In this document: positions 13,147 through 26,850 of the stretch, one piece after another | How positions within the stretch are numbered: the stretch's first letter is position 1 | Layout of the letters: each line of letters starts with the position of its first letter | DNA from: Mobula hypostoma | Taxonomy: Eukaryota | NCBI RefSeq assembly: GCF_963921235.1 | Contig: NC_086097.1 | Span: 191,024,001-191,088,000 of the forward strand | Length of the DNA: 64,000 nucleotides | Direction: 5' to 3' | Notes under the pieces: model-generated | Told to the model about the DNA's origin: nothing | The model's input: only the letters and a program-made list of their open reading frames with translations | Database searches by the model: none | Translations under genes and position numbers: made by a program

Positions 13147-15009
13147 AAAGAGAGGGGGGAGGGAATGATGTGCTTGGTGGTGGGATCCCGTTGGAGGTGG
13201 CGGAAGTTACAGAGAATTATATGTTGGACCTGGAGGCTGTTGGGTTGTAGGTGAGGATAAGGGGAAGCCTATTCCAGGTGGGGTGGCGGGAGGATGGGGT
13301 GAGAGCAGGCGTGCGTTAAATGGGAGAGATGCGTTTGAGAGCAGAGTTGATGGTGAAGGAAGGGAAGATCCTTTCTTTAAAAAAGGAGGACATCTCGTTC
13401 GCACTGGAATGAAAAGCCTCATCATGAGAGCAGATGTGGCAGAGACAGAGGAATTGTGAGAAGGGGATGGCATTTTTGCAAGATACAGGGTGGGAAGAGG
13501 TATACTCTAGGTAGCTGTGAGAGTCCATAGGCTTATAGTAGACATCCGTAGATATGTTGTCTCTAGAGACAGAGACAGAAAGATCAAGAAAGGGGAGGGA
13601 AGTGTCGGAAATGGACCAGGTGAACTTGAGGGCAGGGTGAAAGTTGGAGGCAAAGTAAATGAAGTTAATGAGCTCAGCATGCATGCAGGAAGCAGTGCCA
13701 ATACAGTCGTCGATGTAGCGAAGGAAAAGTTGGGGACATATACCAGTATAGGCTTGGAACATGGATTGTTCCACAAAGCCAACAAGAAGGCTGGCATAGC
13801 TGGGACCCATACAGGTGCCCATGGCTACACCTTTAGTTTGGAGGAAGTGATTTGCATATTCATTCAGACAATTATTTTCTGTGAACATTCGTACAGATGT
13901 TAATTACATTGTTTATAAAGAAGTTAACACATACTTATTCACAGTTTTAGCAGATGTACGAGACCCATGTTTCTTACCTGTACATGCAAAACAAAATGTC
14001 CATCTGATTCTCAAGGAAATGCCAATTAAATAAAACAGAAGTATTCATGCTCCCCACCAAGATGAAATGCTGACAGGTATCACTTACCAAGGTTGTCTTA
14101 TGGCCGACTGGAAACTGGATCCTCCAATAACAATCTACATCTTCTAGAAACATTCCTTAAATTATTACTACATAGTCTAGATAAATCTTCAAGCCTGCTG
14201 AGGGAATCAGGTCATACAAGAAATGAAGAGGGATATATCTGGAAACATTTTTTGATCTGCACCAAGTTTACAGTTATAAAGCTGAAGTTTGTAGAAGGAA
14301 GAACAGACTGAGTAGGGAAGTTGTGCACAATGTCTCTTGTCCCACCCCAAGTCATCTATGAGGATTCCAGTTGGAGAAAGCATACAAAAAATACATTGCA
14401 AGGAATACACTGTTGCTTAAGATTTCCAGCATCTGCCGTCTCTCATGTCTGTGCATTGCAAGGATTATCAAGTGTTTTTTTACAGGATTGTGTAAAACCC
14501 CTGACATCTTTCTTGCATGGTTTCCATAAATGTGCTTTTTGGAGGGGTATAAATAATGTTAATAATCCTCTCAGGGATTTTGTAATAATTTCATCTAAAT
14601 AGATCATTGGCAAGGAATGTTTACCAAATCTAACAAAAGATTGAAAGAAAAGTTCAAGAGCTAAATTACATAGTAAAACTAAATAATGATAACAGTACTT
14701 GAAGTGGCTTGTAAAAATGGGGTCAACAGAAATTGTTCCTAATACAGCATTATCATCTGTGAAAGCCCTGCTATATTTACAGGGAAATGTTTCAAAGGAT
14801 GATTCAGCTGGGAGGTATTTTTACATCCGATTGTGGATGGATTTTTGGCTTATTCTGCATTTTCCTTACTAGTTACAAATTCATGCTGAGGTAGCAATGT
14901 GCAGAATATAAAAAAGACCTATTATTTTTGATAACTGTCCACGTTACATTGATCTCTACTTTGCTGCAGACTAAAGCTGAAAAAGCTTTCAAAATTCACC
15001 CCTACCTTC

Positions 15010-15990
15010 AGATTCAAGTCAGCTCAAAGCAGATATCTTACCATGTACTATATTTAGACATATTTTCTTGCAGGCATTTACTGGGAAAACATAAGCAATA
15101 GAATTTTGCAAAAAAACTATACAAAAACGGACCAAGACTGACAATCAATGTGCAAAAGACAATTTATACAAATAAAATAAAACAAAGAACGTGAGTTGTA
15201 AACAGTGTTTTAAAATGAGGCTGTAGGGCATTGACTCAGTTCAAGTGGAGGTGAATGAAGTTATCCACACCATTTTAGGAATGTAATGGTTGTAGGGTAA
15301 TAACTGTTCCTAAACCTGGTGGTATAGAACCTAAGATTTCTGTACCTCCTGCCGGACGGTAGTGGGGAGAACTGGGCATGATTTCAGGTTTTTGGAGGAT
15401 CTTTCATGCTGGATGATGCTTTCTGATTCTGTTTCAGTGTTCCATGTAAATATATTCAATGGTCCAGATGCTCCAGAGACGAATGTAGAGCCAGAAAGAT
15501 ACATCCACTCAGACCTGTTTTGAGGAAAGTGAATTGCAGTGAGCTGACTTGTTAAGGAGACTGGAATTTAAGAGTACATTGACCAACCTCCCAAAGCACT
15601 TCATGATGGTAGGTGTCAGAGCAACTGAATGGTAGTCATTGCAAGCCACTACCTTGTTTGTCTTAGGCACCAGGATGACAGTGATCTTAAATCAGATGGG
15701 AGCCTCAGGTTGAAGCACGGAGAAGTTAAAAACATCTGCCAATATCCCATTAGCTCATCTGCACAGGAACCAATTACACAACCAGAGACAACATTTGGGA
15801 TGGATACTCTCTGAAAGAGCCAGTTCACTCTCTGGAAAACTGAACTTATATACACAATGATGACTGTGAGTTCTGTTGGTGTGGATGGTGAGATACAAAT
15901 CCCATTCTGTTCTAAACAAGCATAGGATGTGTTAAGCTCATCGGGAAAGGATGTGCTGTTGTTGGTGATGCTCCCAGCTTTGTTTTTTTA
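15010..15990 (-). mobile_element. Old degenerate Rex1/Babar-like LINE fragment
   Basis: taactgttcctaaacctggtggt...tgtacctcctgccggacggtag matches the Rex1 3' region; caaagcacttcatgatggt matches the RT region. Confidence 0.45.
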
Positions 15991-17104
15991 GCCATTCATT
16001 GTGCACATTCTGAACTGTTTTAACTTTCCAAAGTGTGTCATTTCACACTACCCGCTCCTCCACCTATCTTTGTATCATTGGAAAATTTAGCCACAAATTC
16101 ATTAATCCCATCATCCAAATCATTGACATACATCGCAAAAGGCAGCAATCCCAACAACGACGACCCCTGTCGAACTCCACTGGTAACCAGCAGCCCGCCA
16201 GAATAGGATCCCTTTATTCCCACTCTCTGTTTTTTGCAGATCAGCCAATGCTCCACCCATGCTAGTAACTCCCCTGTAATTCCATGAGATCTTATCTTGC
16301 TAAGCAGCCTCATACGTGACACTTTATCAAAGGCCTTCTGAAAATCCAAGTACACCACATCCACTGCATCTCCTTTGTCTACCCTGCTTGTAATTTCCTC
16401 AAAAAGTTGCAGTAGGTTAGTCAGGCAGGATTTTCCTTTCAGGAAACCATGCTGACTTTGGCCTAACTTGTCATGTGCCTCCAGGCACTTCATAATCTCA
16501 TCCCCAACAATCGATTCCAACAACTTCCCAACCACTGTTGTCAGGCTAACAGGTCTGTAGTTTCCTTTCTGCTGTCCCCCATCCTTCTTAAATAGCAGAG
16601 TACCATTTGCAATTTTCCAGTCATCCGCTACAATGCCAGAATCTATCGATTCTTGAAAGATCATTGTTAATGCCTCCTTTCCAGCTACTTTCTTCAGAAC
16701 CCAAGGGTGCATTCCATCAGGTTCAGGAGATTTATCCACCCTCAGACTATAAAGCTTCCTGAGCACCTTATCACTCGTAATTTTGACTGCACATACTTCA
16801 CTTCCCTGACACTCTTCAATGTCAAGTATACTGCAGATGTCTTCCACTGTGAAGACTGATACAAAATCCGCATTAATTTCCCCTGCCATTTCTGCGTCTC
16901 TCATTACAATATCTCCAGCGTCATTTTGTATTGGTCCTATATCTACCCTCAACTCTCTTTTACACTTTATATATTTAAAAAAAGCTTTTAGTATCTTCTT
17001 TGATATTAGTCACCAGCTTCCTTTCATAATTCATCTTTTCCTTCCTATTGCCCTTCTTAGTTTCCTTCTGCAAATTTTTTTTAGCTTCCCAATCCTCTAC
17101 CTTC

Positions 17105-17484
17105 GTACCCCATCCGTTATTTATTTATATACACACATTCTTTTTCTCTCCCTCCATTTTCTCCCTCTGTCCCTCTCACTATACCCCTTGCCCATCCTCT
17201 GGGCTTTTTCCCCCCCTCCTCCTTTTCTTTCTCCCTAGGCCTCCTGTCCCATGATCCTCTCATATCCCTTTTGCCAATCAACTGTCCAGCTCTTGGCTCC
17301 ATCCCTCCCCCTCCTGTCTTCTCCTATCATTTCAGATCTCCCCCTCCCCCTTCCACTTTCAAAACTCTTACTAGCTCTTCTTTCAGTTAGTCCTGACGAA
17401 GGGTCTCGGCCCGAAACGTCGACTGTACCTCTTCCTCGAAATGCTGCCTGGCCTGCTGCATTCACCAGCAACTTTTGTCTGTGT
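17105..17484 (+). mobile_element. Solo Neptune-type pseudo-LTR inserted in CR1
   Basis: Reverse complement of ~10250-10690; 12-bp TSD tcctctaccttc (17093-17104) / tcctctatcttc (17485-17496). Confidence 0.9.
17388..17425 (+). ncRNA. Minimal type I hammerhead ribozyme motif, best-preserved copy
   Basis: UAGUC-CUGACGA-A-GGGU(CUCG)GCCC-GAAA-CG-UC-GACUG: both core boxes, helix II, helix I and a GUC cleavage triplet. Confidence 0.85.
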
Positions 17485-18394
17485 TCCTCTATCTTCCCAT
17501 TGGCTTTGGCTTCCTTGTATGCCCTCTCTTTTGCTTTTACTTTGGCTCTGACTTCTCTTGTCAGCTACTGTAGTGTCCTTCTTCCATTCAAAAATTTCTT
17601 CTTATTTGGAATATCTGTCTTGCACTTCCTTCATTTTTCCACAGAAACTCCAGCCACTGCTGCTTTGCTGTCCTTTTTGCTAGTGTCTCTTTCCAGTCAC
17701 CCTTGGCCATTTCCCCTCTCATGCCATTGTAATTTCTTTTATCCACTAAAATACTAGAAATTTAATTTTTCCTTCTCAAATTTCAAAGTGAACTCGATCA
17801 TATTGTAATTACTGATCTCTTAGGGTTCCTTAGCCTTAAGCTCTCTTTTTACCTCCAGATCATTGCACAACAACCAATCCACAACAGCCGATCCCCTAGT
17901 GGGCTCAATAACTAACTTCTAAAAAGCCATCCCTTAGACATTCTACAAATTCTCTCTTGAGGTCTAATACTGACCTGGTTTTCCCAATCCACTTTCATGT
18001 TAAATCCCCAATAATTATCATGACATTGGCCTTCTGGCATGCCTTGTTTTATCTTCTGCTGCAAATTGTAATTCACATCCCGGCTGCTGTTTGGAGGCTT
18101 GTATACAACTGTCATTAGCGTCCTTTTACCCTTGCCATTTCTTAAATCAACCCATAGAGACTCTACACCTTCCAATCCTATGACATCCCTTTCTAATGAT
18201 TTAATATTATTTCATATATACAGGGCCACACCATCCCCTCTGCCTACTAAACCATCTTTCAGATACACCGTATATCCTTGGAATTTCAGCTCCCAATGGC
18301 AGCCATCCTTTAGCCAAGTTTCAGAGATGGCCACAAAGTCATACTTGCCAATCTGTAGCTGAATTTCAAGATTGTCTATTTTATTTCCAAAGTG

Positions 18395-19975
18395 TAAACA
18401 ATTCTCATCGATCAAGATGAAGCACGATGGATGGAGAATTTCAGAAAATTACTGAACAGACCACCATCAGATGAAGAACATGATGAACAAGCGGCAGCAG
18501 AGGACCTCGACATCAACACAGATCCACCCAAGAAAGATGAGATTGCTGCTGCATTTAAATCCTTGAAGGACAGCAAAGCCCCAGAACATTACAATTTGAA
18601 TGTCAAACTATTCAGACCTGAATCAAAAGTTGCAGCAGCCATCCTGAAATCACTGTTTACTATAATCTGGGAATGGGGACAAATACCCTGGAATTGGACA
18701 AAGGAGGTTATCGTAGGATCACAAAGAAAGGAACTCTGTGATTGCAACAACTGGTGTGGTGTCACACTTATGTCAGTGCCCAGCAAAATTCTCATCAAAG
18801 TCATTGTCAAAAGGATTAAATTGTTGATGTGTGCTTGAGGAAAGAGCAATCTGGCTTCAAGAGAAACAGAGGCTGTGTCAACCAGATCTTCATGCTGTGT
18901 AACATCAGAGAACAGTGCACAGAGTGGCAGAGACCACTGCATGTGAATTTCAAAGACTTTGAAATACTTGATAGCATTCACAGGGAGTGCCACTGACGAA
19001 TTCTCAGATCATATGGGAACACTTCCAAAATTGTCCAGCTTATCCAGCGTTTCTAGGATAATTTCACCTGCACATTTAGGGATTGCAATCTGAGTTTTGA
19101 AGTCAGGGCAGGAGTCAAGCATGGCTGTCTAATGCCAGTAATATTATTTAACCTGGTGATTGAGGAAACCAACAAAGGATCAGCAGAGAGGCATTAGGTG
19201 GATTCTATTCTCTACTTTAGAAGACCTTGACTTTGTAGATGACCTCGCATTACTATCACATAACATACCAACACATGTAAGAGAAAACTCAGTGCCCGTG
19301 TTCCTTTGTGGACAGGTTGGAATCAATCAGCAGAGAAAGACTGAGACTATGACCCACAATATAGAGTCTCCTCTTCCTGTGAAGGCATATAGCATCAACT
19401 TACTCAGCGCCATCAGATTCACCTACCTGGGCAACATCATTCAGCAAGGTGGTGGGACCAAGGACGACATCTAGTGCAGACTCAGCAAAGCTAGAAATAC
19501 CTTCATATCAATGAGCAATGTATGGGGAATAAACCAAGTACAGCGTTCACACCAAGGTAAAGCTGTACCAGAGCTGTGTTCTGTTCACACTTCCATATGG
19601 GTCAGAATGATGACACATGACAGGGAACGACCTTGCCAAACTGTTGTCCACACCATGAGCCTCCAGAATATCCTCCATATTTTCTGGCCAAGTAAGATCT
19701 CCAGTCACTCCCTACTCATTCAGTGTCACCAAGAGGACATGGCTACAATCATCATGAGGAAATGTTGGAGATGGATTGGACACGTGATAAGAAGAGAGGT
19801 AATTCTTGGATCATTGAAGGATAGAGGAAACACAGGAAACCAAAGACAACTTTGCAGCATACCCAAGAGGCAGAAGTGAGCACCCTCAACTACATCTGTG
19901 GCACAATAGGGGAGATGGCCAAAGGCAGACAAGACAGAGATGGAAGACTTTCATAGTTGACCTAAATGCCAGCAG
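18395..19975 (+). mobile_element. RTE-clade LINE (non-BovB), degenerate RT
   Basis: ORF remnants CDCNNWCGVTLMSVPSKIL, GIRWILFSTLEDLDFVDDLALLSH, WRWIGHVIR. Confidence 0.85.
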
Positions 19976-19989
19976 CAAACAGATAGAAA

Positions 19990-21100
19990 CCATTGGCGAC
20001 ATACCAAGTCTCCTCAAACCCCAATGAAATACGACCACAGTCATGCCTTCTTTGTAATGGCATCAATATGTTGGGCCCAGGATAGATTTACAGAGATGTT
20101 AACGCCCAGGGACTTGAAACAGCTCAAACCTTTCACTACTGATTCCTTGATGAGTGGTGTTTGTTTCCTTGACTTTCCCTTCCTGAAGTACACAATCACT
20201 TTCTTGGTCTTACTGATGTCAATTGCAAGATTGTTGGTGCATCACCACTCAGCTTGCTGATCTATCTTGTTCCTGTACGCATTCCCCATCACCATCTGAA
20301 ATTCTGCCGACAATAGTTGTGTTGTCAGCAATTTTATAGATGGTTGTGCTTAGCCACACAGTCGTGTGTATAGCGAAAGTAGAGCACTGGGCTAAGCACA
20401 CATTCTTGAGGTAATTGAGGAATCAAGTCCAGAGGGAGGTACAGAGGTCCAGATTTTGAAGCTTGCTGATTAAACTGAGGGTACGATTGTGTTGAATGCT
20501 GAACTATAATCAATAAACAGCAGCCTGATGTTAGTATTACTATTGCCCAGGTGATCCAACACCAGTGAGATTGTGTCTCACTGTATACCTATTGTGGTGA
20601 TAGGCAAGTTGCAGCGGGTCCAGGATTTTGCTTAGGCAGGGGTTGATTCTGGCCATGCCCAACCTCTCAAAGCACTTCATTACAGTAGATGGGCGATAGT
20701 CATTAAGGCAGCTCATCCAGCTATTCGTGGGCACTGGTATTATTATCCCTCTTTTGAAGCAAGTGGCAACTTCCTCCAACTACAACAGTAAGAAATTGAA
20801 GATGTTTTGAACACAGCTACCAGTTGGTTGGCACAGGTATTCAAAGCCCTTCCAAGTACACCATCAGGGACTGACACCCTACGTGGGTTGACTCTTTTGA
20901 AAGATATTCTGCTGTTAACCTCTGAGACAGAACACAGTCACCAAATACTCCAGGGATTCAAACAGGTGTAGTTTTATTCTCCCTTTCAAAGCAAGTGAAA
21001 CAGACATTGAATTCATTGGCGAGGGAAGCATCACAATAATTCATATTTGGTTTCGCTTTGTAGGAAATAATGTCCTGCAACCCCTGCCAGAATGATATGC
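19990..21100 (-). mobile_element. Degenerate Rex1/Babar LINE
   Basis: TCFKRGIIIPVP...CLNDYRP...VMKCFERL...LDPLQLAY (20540-20779). Confidence 0.75.
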
Positions 21101-21544
21101 ATCTGATTTATTTTTCTCTGTTAAGAGCGTTCTGCAGGACATACCTGAACTTCTTGTATAAAAAATGAGGGAAAACAGTATGGCGTACAATCAGCATGAA
21201 TGTATATTTTTACAAATTGTGTACCACGTGATACGACTTTTAATGTTGTTATATTTTAAGTTGAATGTTGAACAGTTTTCAATCAAGGATGTCTGTAAAG
21301 CAATTCTTGTTACTTGCCTTACTAAATACTCGTGCAAAAGAAGCCACATAGGATTGTGGACATGTACCCTTTGTTACATATGCACGGAGCAGGAAGGACA
21401 ATAGAGTAGTATTATTAAACATTTTTACTGCGTCATGTTAGTAATGGTACCTGCTGGGCATCTTGGTGACGAACCAGGCACATTGAGGCAAAACACATGC
21501 ACTCGAAAGAGAGCCATCTACGCGTAGGAGGACCAATTCATTTT

Positions 21545-23330
21545 GGACCATAAGATATTGAAGCAGAATTAGGCTATTTGGCCCCTCAGCTCTGCTCTGC
21601 CATTTGACCATAGCTGATCTATTTCCCCCTTAACTTCATTCTCCTGCCTTTTTGCTGTAACCTTTCACATGTTGACCTTAAAAATGTATCAATCTCCATT
21701 TTAAATACACCCAACAACCTAGCCTTCACTGTTACCTGTGGCAATGAATTCGACAGATTCACCATCTTCTAGCTAAAGAAATTCCTCTTCATCTCCATTC
21801 TAAATGGATGTTCCTCTATTCTGAGGTTGTGCCCTCTGGTCCTAGACTACTCCACTACTCCACTACTGTAGGAAATTTTGTCACATGGTGTGAGCAGAAT
21901 TATCTGCAGTTTAATGTGAAAAAGACTAAGGAAGCTGGTGGTAGACCTGAGGAGAGCTAAGGTACCGGTGACCCCTGTTTCCATCCAGGGGGTCAGTGTG
22001 GACATGGTGAAGGATTACAAATACCTGGGGACAAAAATTGACAATAAACTGGACTGGTCAAAGAACACTGAGGCTGTCTACAAGAAGGGTCAGAGCCATC
22101 TCTATTTCCTGAGGAGACTGAGGTCCTTTAACATCTGCCAGATGATGCTGAGGATGTTCTACGAGTCTGTGGTGGCCAGTGCTATCATGTTTGCTGCTGT
22201 GTGCTGTGGCAGCAGGCTGAGGGTAGCAGACACCAACAGAATCAACAAACTTATTCGTAAGGCCAGTGATGTTGTGGGGATGGAACTGGACTCTCTGACG
22301 GTGGTGTCTGAAAAGAGGATGCTGTCCATGTTGCATGCCATCTTAGTCAATGTCTCCCATCCACTACATAATGTACTGGGTGGGCACAGGAGTACATTCA
22401 GCCAGAGACTCATTCCTCCAAGATGCAGCACAGAGTGTCATAGGAAGTCATTCCTGCCTGTGGCCATCAAACTTTACAACTCCTCCCTTGGAAGGTCAGA
22501 CACCCTGTGCTGATAGGCTGGTCCTGGACTTATTTCATAATTTACCGGCATAATTTACATATTACTATTTAACTATCTATGGTTCTATTACTATTTATTA
22601 TTTATGGTGCAACTGTAACGAAAACCAATTTCCCCCTGGGATCAATCAAGTATGACTATGACTATAGGAAACATCATCTCCACGTCCACTCTATCTCTTT
22701 CAATATTTGATAGGTTTTAATGACAGCCCCCTCATTCTTCTAAATTCCAGCGAGCACAGGCCTAGAACCATCAAATGCTCCTCACATGATAAGCCTTTCA
22801 ATTCCAGGATCATTTTCATGAACCTCCTTTGAACCCTCTCCAACACATCTTTTCTTAAATTTGGGACCATACACTGACTCAACCTACAAAGTAACCTTTC
22901 GGAAAGCCTACATGAGGACTCACGAATCACTTAGCATCTCTGATTTTTTAATTTTCATACTGTTTCTACACTTTTATTCCTTCTACAAAGTGCATGACCA
23001 TACACTTCCTGACATTGTAGTCCATCTGCCATTTCATTGCCCATTCTCCTAATCTGTTTAATTCCTTCTGAAGCCTCCCTGCTTCCTACACACCACCTGC
23101 CCTTTCACATTTCATCATATCAGCAGCAAACTTGGTCACAAAGTCATTAATTCCATCATCTAAATCATTGACATACAATGCAAAGAAGAAGTGGTTTAAA
23201 CATAGACCCCTGCGGAACACCACTAATCTCCGACAGCCAATCAGAAAGCGTTCCCTTTATTCCCACTCTTTGCCTCCTGCCAGTTAGCCAATGCTCTATC
23301 CTTGCTAGTATCTTACCTGTAATACCGTGA
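21545..23330 (-). mobile_element. Degenerate CR1 LINE interrupted by Rex1
   Basis: LERVQRRFMKMI and GVPQGSM motifs; accataag tail at ~21547. Confidence 0.85.
21876..22660 (+). mobile_element. 5'-truncated Rex1/Babar LINE
   Basis: ORF 21938-22513 (YKYLG...[10 protein letters not shown]...SFLPVAIKLYN); (TATGAC)n tail; TSD-like actgtaggaaa 21865-21875 / actataggaaa 22661-22671. Confidence 0.9.
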
Positions 23331-25404
23331 TTTACAGTGCTATCAAATGGCCACACAACGACTGGCAATATTCTTGCAATCGATCCAATATAGTTCACAA
23401 TTTAATGACTACTAGAAACTTAAAACAGGAAGATTTTGAGGCCAACCTTTGTACCCTTTTAAACTTGCACGTCTGCCCAAATGTCCCAAGTATAAATACT
23501 ATTTCATTTAATCTCCCAAAATAAAACAAGCTTTAACTAACAAACAATAGAATGATGATCTAAAAGATAACTGGTAAAAAATTATGTACATGTCATAATG
23601 ATTTCAGATCAAAGCAGTTAAAAATGCTATCACTTTCTTGTATATATTCAAGAATGACTGCAAGGAAAACAATGTTAATTATTTGATAGACCAATTTTTA
23701 AATTTGATAGACCAATTTGTGAATTGTTATATTGCTCAGGAGTGCAACTCAGTTTTCACCCAATGTTGGGTTTATGGGACAAAAGTTTACAGTAAGTACA
23801 GTATATACTGACAAAAGAAGTACTTTGTTGTACAATCAGTAGTATTTATTTTATGATGAAAAAATAAAAGTAAAAGTATCCTGGTGGAGCGATCAGTTTT
23901 GAAGTTGAATTTGCTCCCTATTGGAATAGTTGTTCCTACAGCGCATAGCTAAGAATCAAGAATCAAGTCAAATACAAATTTTACTCACATTGTGCCTCTA
24001 ACAAAACAAATTGTTCCAAGGCATTTTACAAAAAAAATGACAATAACAATTTTGTTAGATGTTCATGGAGGCCAGACTGTATATATTTAATTTGCTTTCC
24101 AGGTGACTATAACAAAGTCTTCCATTAAAGCTCCACATACATTTACATTTGCCCTAAGGCACACCTAAGGGGGTCCCTGGTTATGTCAACATTATCCATC
24201 TGTGCCAGGATCCATTCTATACGGGGAGTCAAATGAGAACAGTACTGCACAGGAACAGGCCCTTTGGCTCACGCCAGTACTACATAGACTACTTGCTTGC
24301 ATGGAACAAGTGGATGATTAGTTGCCTCAAAGTACATCAGAATGAAAAAGTGATTAGTTTAGAAAAAATAAGCAACTAATTTGTACACATGTATAATGAG
24401 AGACTGACATTCAACAGTCACTATGCAAAACACTAGCAAGTTGAACATTACCCAATTCAGAATCCCAGTCCGATTTGGAACTGTCTTCCCTTAACAAGAC
24501 AGGTAAATGGGCCATTGTTAAAGGGTAAACCCTCGAGCAAAGAGTTCCTTTTTCATTGGCACAAGAGCACAATTGTTGTGATGACTGTTACTTAACTGAG
24601 AGAAGTGAAGTAGTGACCTCCAAAAGATTCATGTGCGTTGTAGACACATGATATGTACTTCTGAATCAAAAGTTGCCTTCCTTGTTCATGGGCCAATTGA
24701 CAGTGGTATGGAGGCATAGAGCACTCTACATCACAGGCAACACCCGAGTTTACAATAGGATTAGGATATACTGAATAAAGACTCCATCAGAATTGCCCTG
24801 TGAATTCCTAACAAAGCAATTTATGAAATTTTGGTATATAAATTCTAATCATTTTTGAGTAAACATTTATCTCAAATCGTTTGGATACAAGTCAAGTATT
24901 TTCTATTTAAAATTGATTAACTTAAAATAAATGCACCCTTTTAATTGGAAAAGTTAATATTGTTGGATTCTGATGTTTTTAATCCAAGGTTCTTTCAGAA
25001 GTCAAGAAAGAGGCACACAACTTGTTGTTTCATGATCATTTTACTAAACACGTAGAGCAAAAAGAGAACAAAGAAAATTGGAAATGCAGAGCTGCATAAT
25101 TCTAGTAGCTGAGCACAAAGAACAAAGAACAGAGAACCTAAAGATAGTGGGACATCCTGTTCCGTCCTTCTTTTACCTATGGTTAAGAAACATTCCTTTC
25201 AAACTCATAATTAAGAGTTAACCAGTTAGTACGTATTCAATAATGCAACCTCAGAGAAGCTTCTAGATACAAAGAACTGTATCATTCTAGAATAATTGCT
25301 TTTATTAGGCTGTATAATAGTTATTTTCTTTGTAGCTTAACAATTAAGTGCCTACCTGTAGTTTATGTAACTGTAACTGCTTAATATGTTTCCAAGTAGT
25401 CACA

Positions 25405-26850
25405 GCACTTTGGCTTTCATAAATCAAAGTACAGAGTACAGGAGATGGGATGTTAATTTGAAGTTGTATGACATTGGTGAGGCCTTTTTTGGAGTATTGT
25501 GTGCAGTTTTGGTCACCTACCTCCAAGAAAGATACTAATAAGGTTAAAAAAGTACAGAGAAAGGTTACAAGGATGTTGCCGGGTTTGGAGGACCCAAATT
25601 TAGGGAAAGATTGAATAGGTTAGGACTTTATTCCTTAGAACGTAAAAGATTGAGGGGAGATTTGATGAAGTATCCGAATCAGATTTAATATCACCGGCAT
25701 GTCATAAAATTTGTTAACTTTACGACAGCGGTATATAATAAATATATATAGAGAGAAAACTGAGTTATATTAAATATATATGTCTATTAAATTGTTAAGT
25801 TAAATTAAGTAGTGCAAAAAAGCAGAAATAAAAAAGAATTATGAGGTAGTGTTTGCGGGTTCAATGTCCATTTAGAAATTGGATAGTAGAGAGGAGGAAG
25901 CTGTTCCTGGATTGCTGAGTATGTGCCTTCAGGTTTTTGTACCTTCTTCTGGACAGTAACAGTGTGAAGAGTGCAAGTCCTGGCTGGTGGAGATCCTTAA
26001 TCATGGATGCCACCTTCCTAAAGCACCACTCCTTGATGATGTCTTGGATACTATGGAGGCTAGTACCCATGATGGAGTTGACTAATTTTACAAGTTTCTG
26101 CAACCTGTTTCGATCTTGCGCAGTATGCCCCCAACCCATACTAGACAGTGATGCAGCCAGTCAGAATGCTCTCCATGTTACATTTGCAGAAGCTTAAGTG
26201 TTTTAGTTGAAAAAACAAATCTCTTCAAACTCAGTGAAATATAGCCACTAGCTTGCTTCCTTTAAATTGGCATCATTGTTGTGTCCAAGATAGGTCCTCA
26301 GAGATATTGACACCCAGGAACTTGAAACTGCTCACTCTCTCCACTTCTGATCCTTCTGTGAGGATTGGTTTGTGTTCCCTTATCTTACCCTTCCTGAAGT
26401 CTACAATCAGCTCTTTAGTTTTGCTGATATTGAGTAAAAGGTTGTTGCTGCAACACCACTCAACTAACTGATATATCTCGCTCCTGTGTGCCCTTCCATC
26501 ACCATCTGAAATTCTGCCAACAATGGCAGAATTATGAGAGATATAGATAGGCTAAATACAAGCAGGATTTTTCCACTGAGATTGAGTGGGACTACAACTA
26601 GAGGTCATGGGTTAAAGGTGAAAGGTGAAAAGTTCAAGGAGAGTCATTAGAGTGTGAAATGAGCCGCAAGCGCAAGTGGTGCTTGTGGGCACAATTTCAA
26701 TGTTTAAGAGGTTGGATAGGTAATGGATGTTAGGGGTATGGACGGCTATGATCCTGGTGTAGGTCGATAGGAGTAGGCAGCTTTAGTGGATAAGCATGGA
26801 CTAGATGGGCTGAAGGCCCTCCTTCTGCACTGTATTTTTATATTTCTCTA
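25405..26850 (+). mobile_element. CR1 3' fragment split by an antisense Rex1
   Basis: LEYCVQFWSP motif; sequence resumes at ~26527 and ends in a CR1 3' UTR. Confidence 0.8.
25675..26525 (-). mobile_element. Rex1/Babar LINE 3' fragment
   Basis: QDRNRLQKLVK...SMIKDLHQPGLALFTLL...RNSF (25861-26139). Confidence 0.8.

Larger units (their letters stand above)
10207..13850 (-). mobile_element. Neptune-type Penelope-like element (pLTR, GIY-YIG remnant, RT), split by a CR1 insertion at 11058-13146
   Basis: RT motifs GVAMGTCMGPSYA and FLRYIDDC (13316-13888); Cys linker YPCKRNKCYTC and RHFTCE before the endonuclease; sequence resumes colinearly on both sides of the CR1. Confidence 0.9.
16040..18390 (-). 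mobile_element. CR1 LINE (endonuclease to RT), 3' part missing, interrupted by a PLE pLTR
   Basis: EN motifs YDFVAISETWL and GFNMKVDW; RT ORF 16038-16952. Confidence 0.9.
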
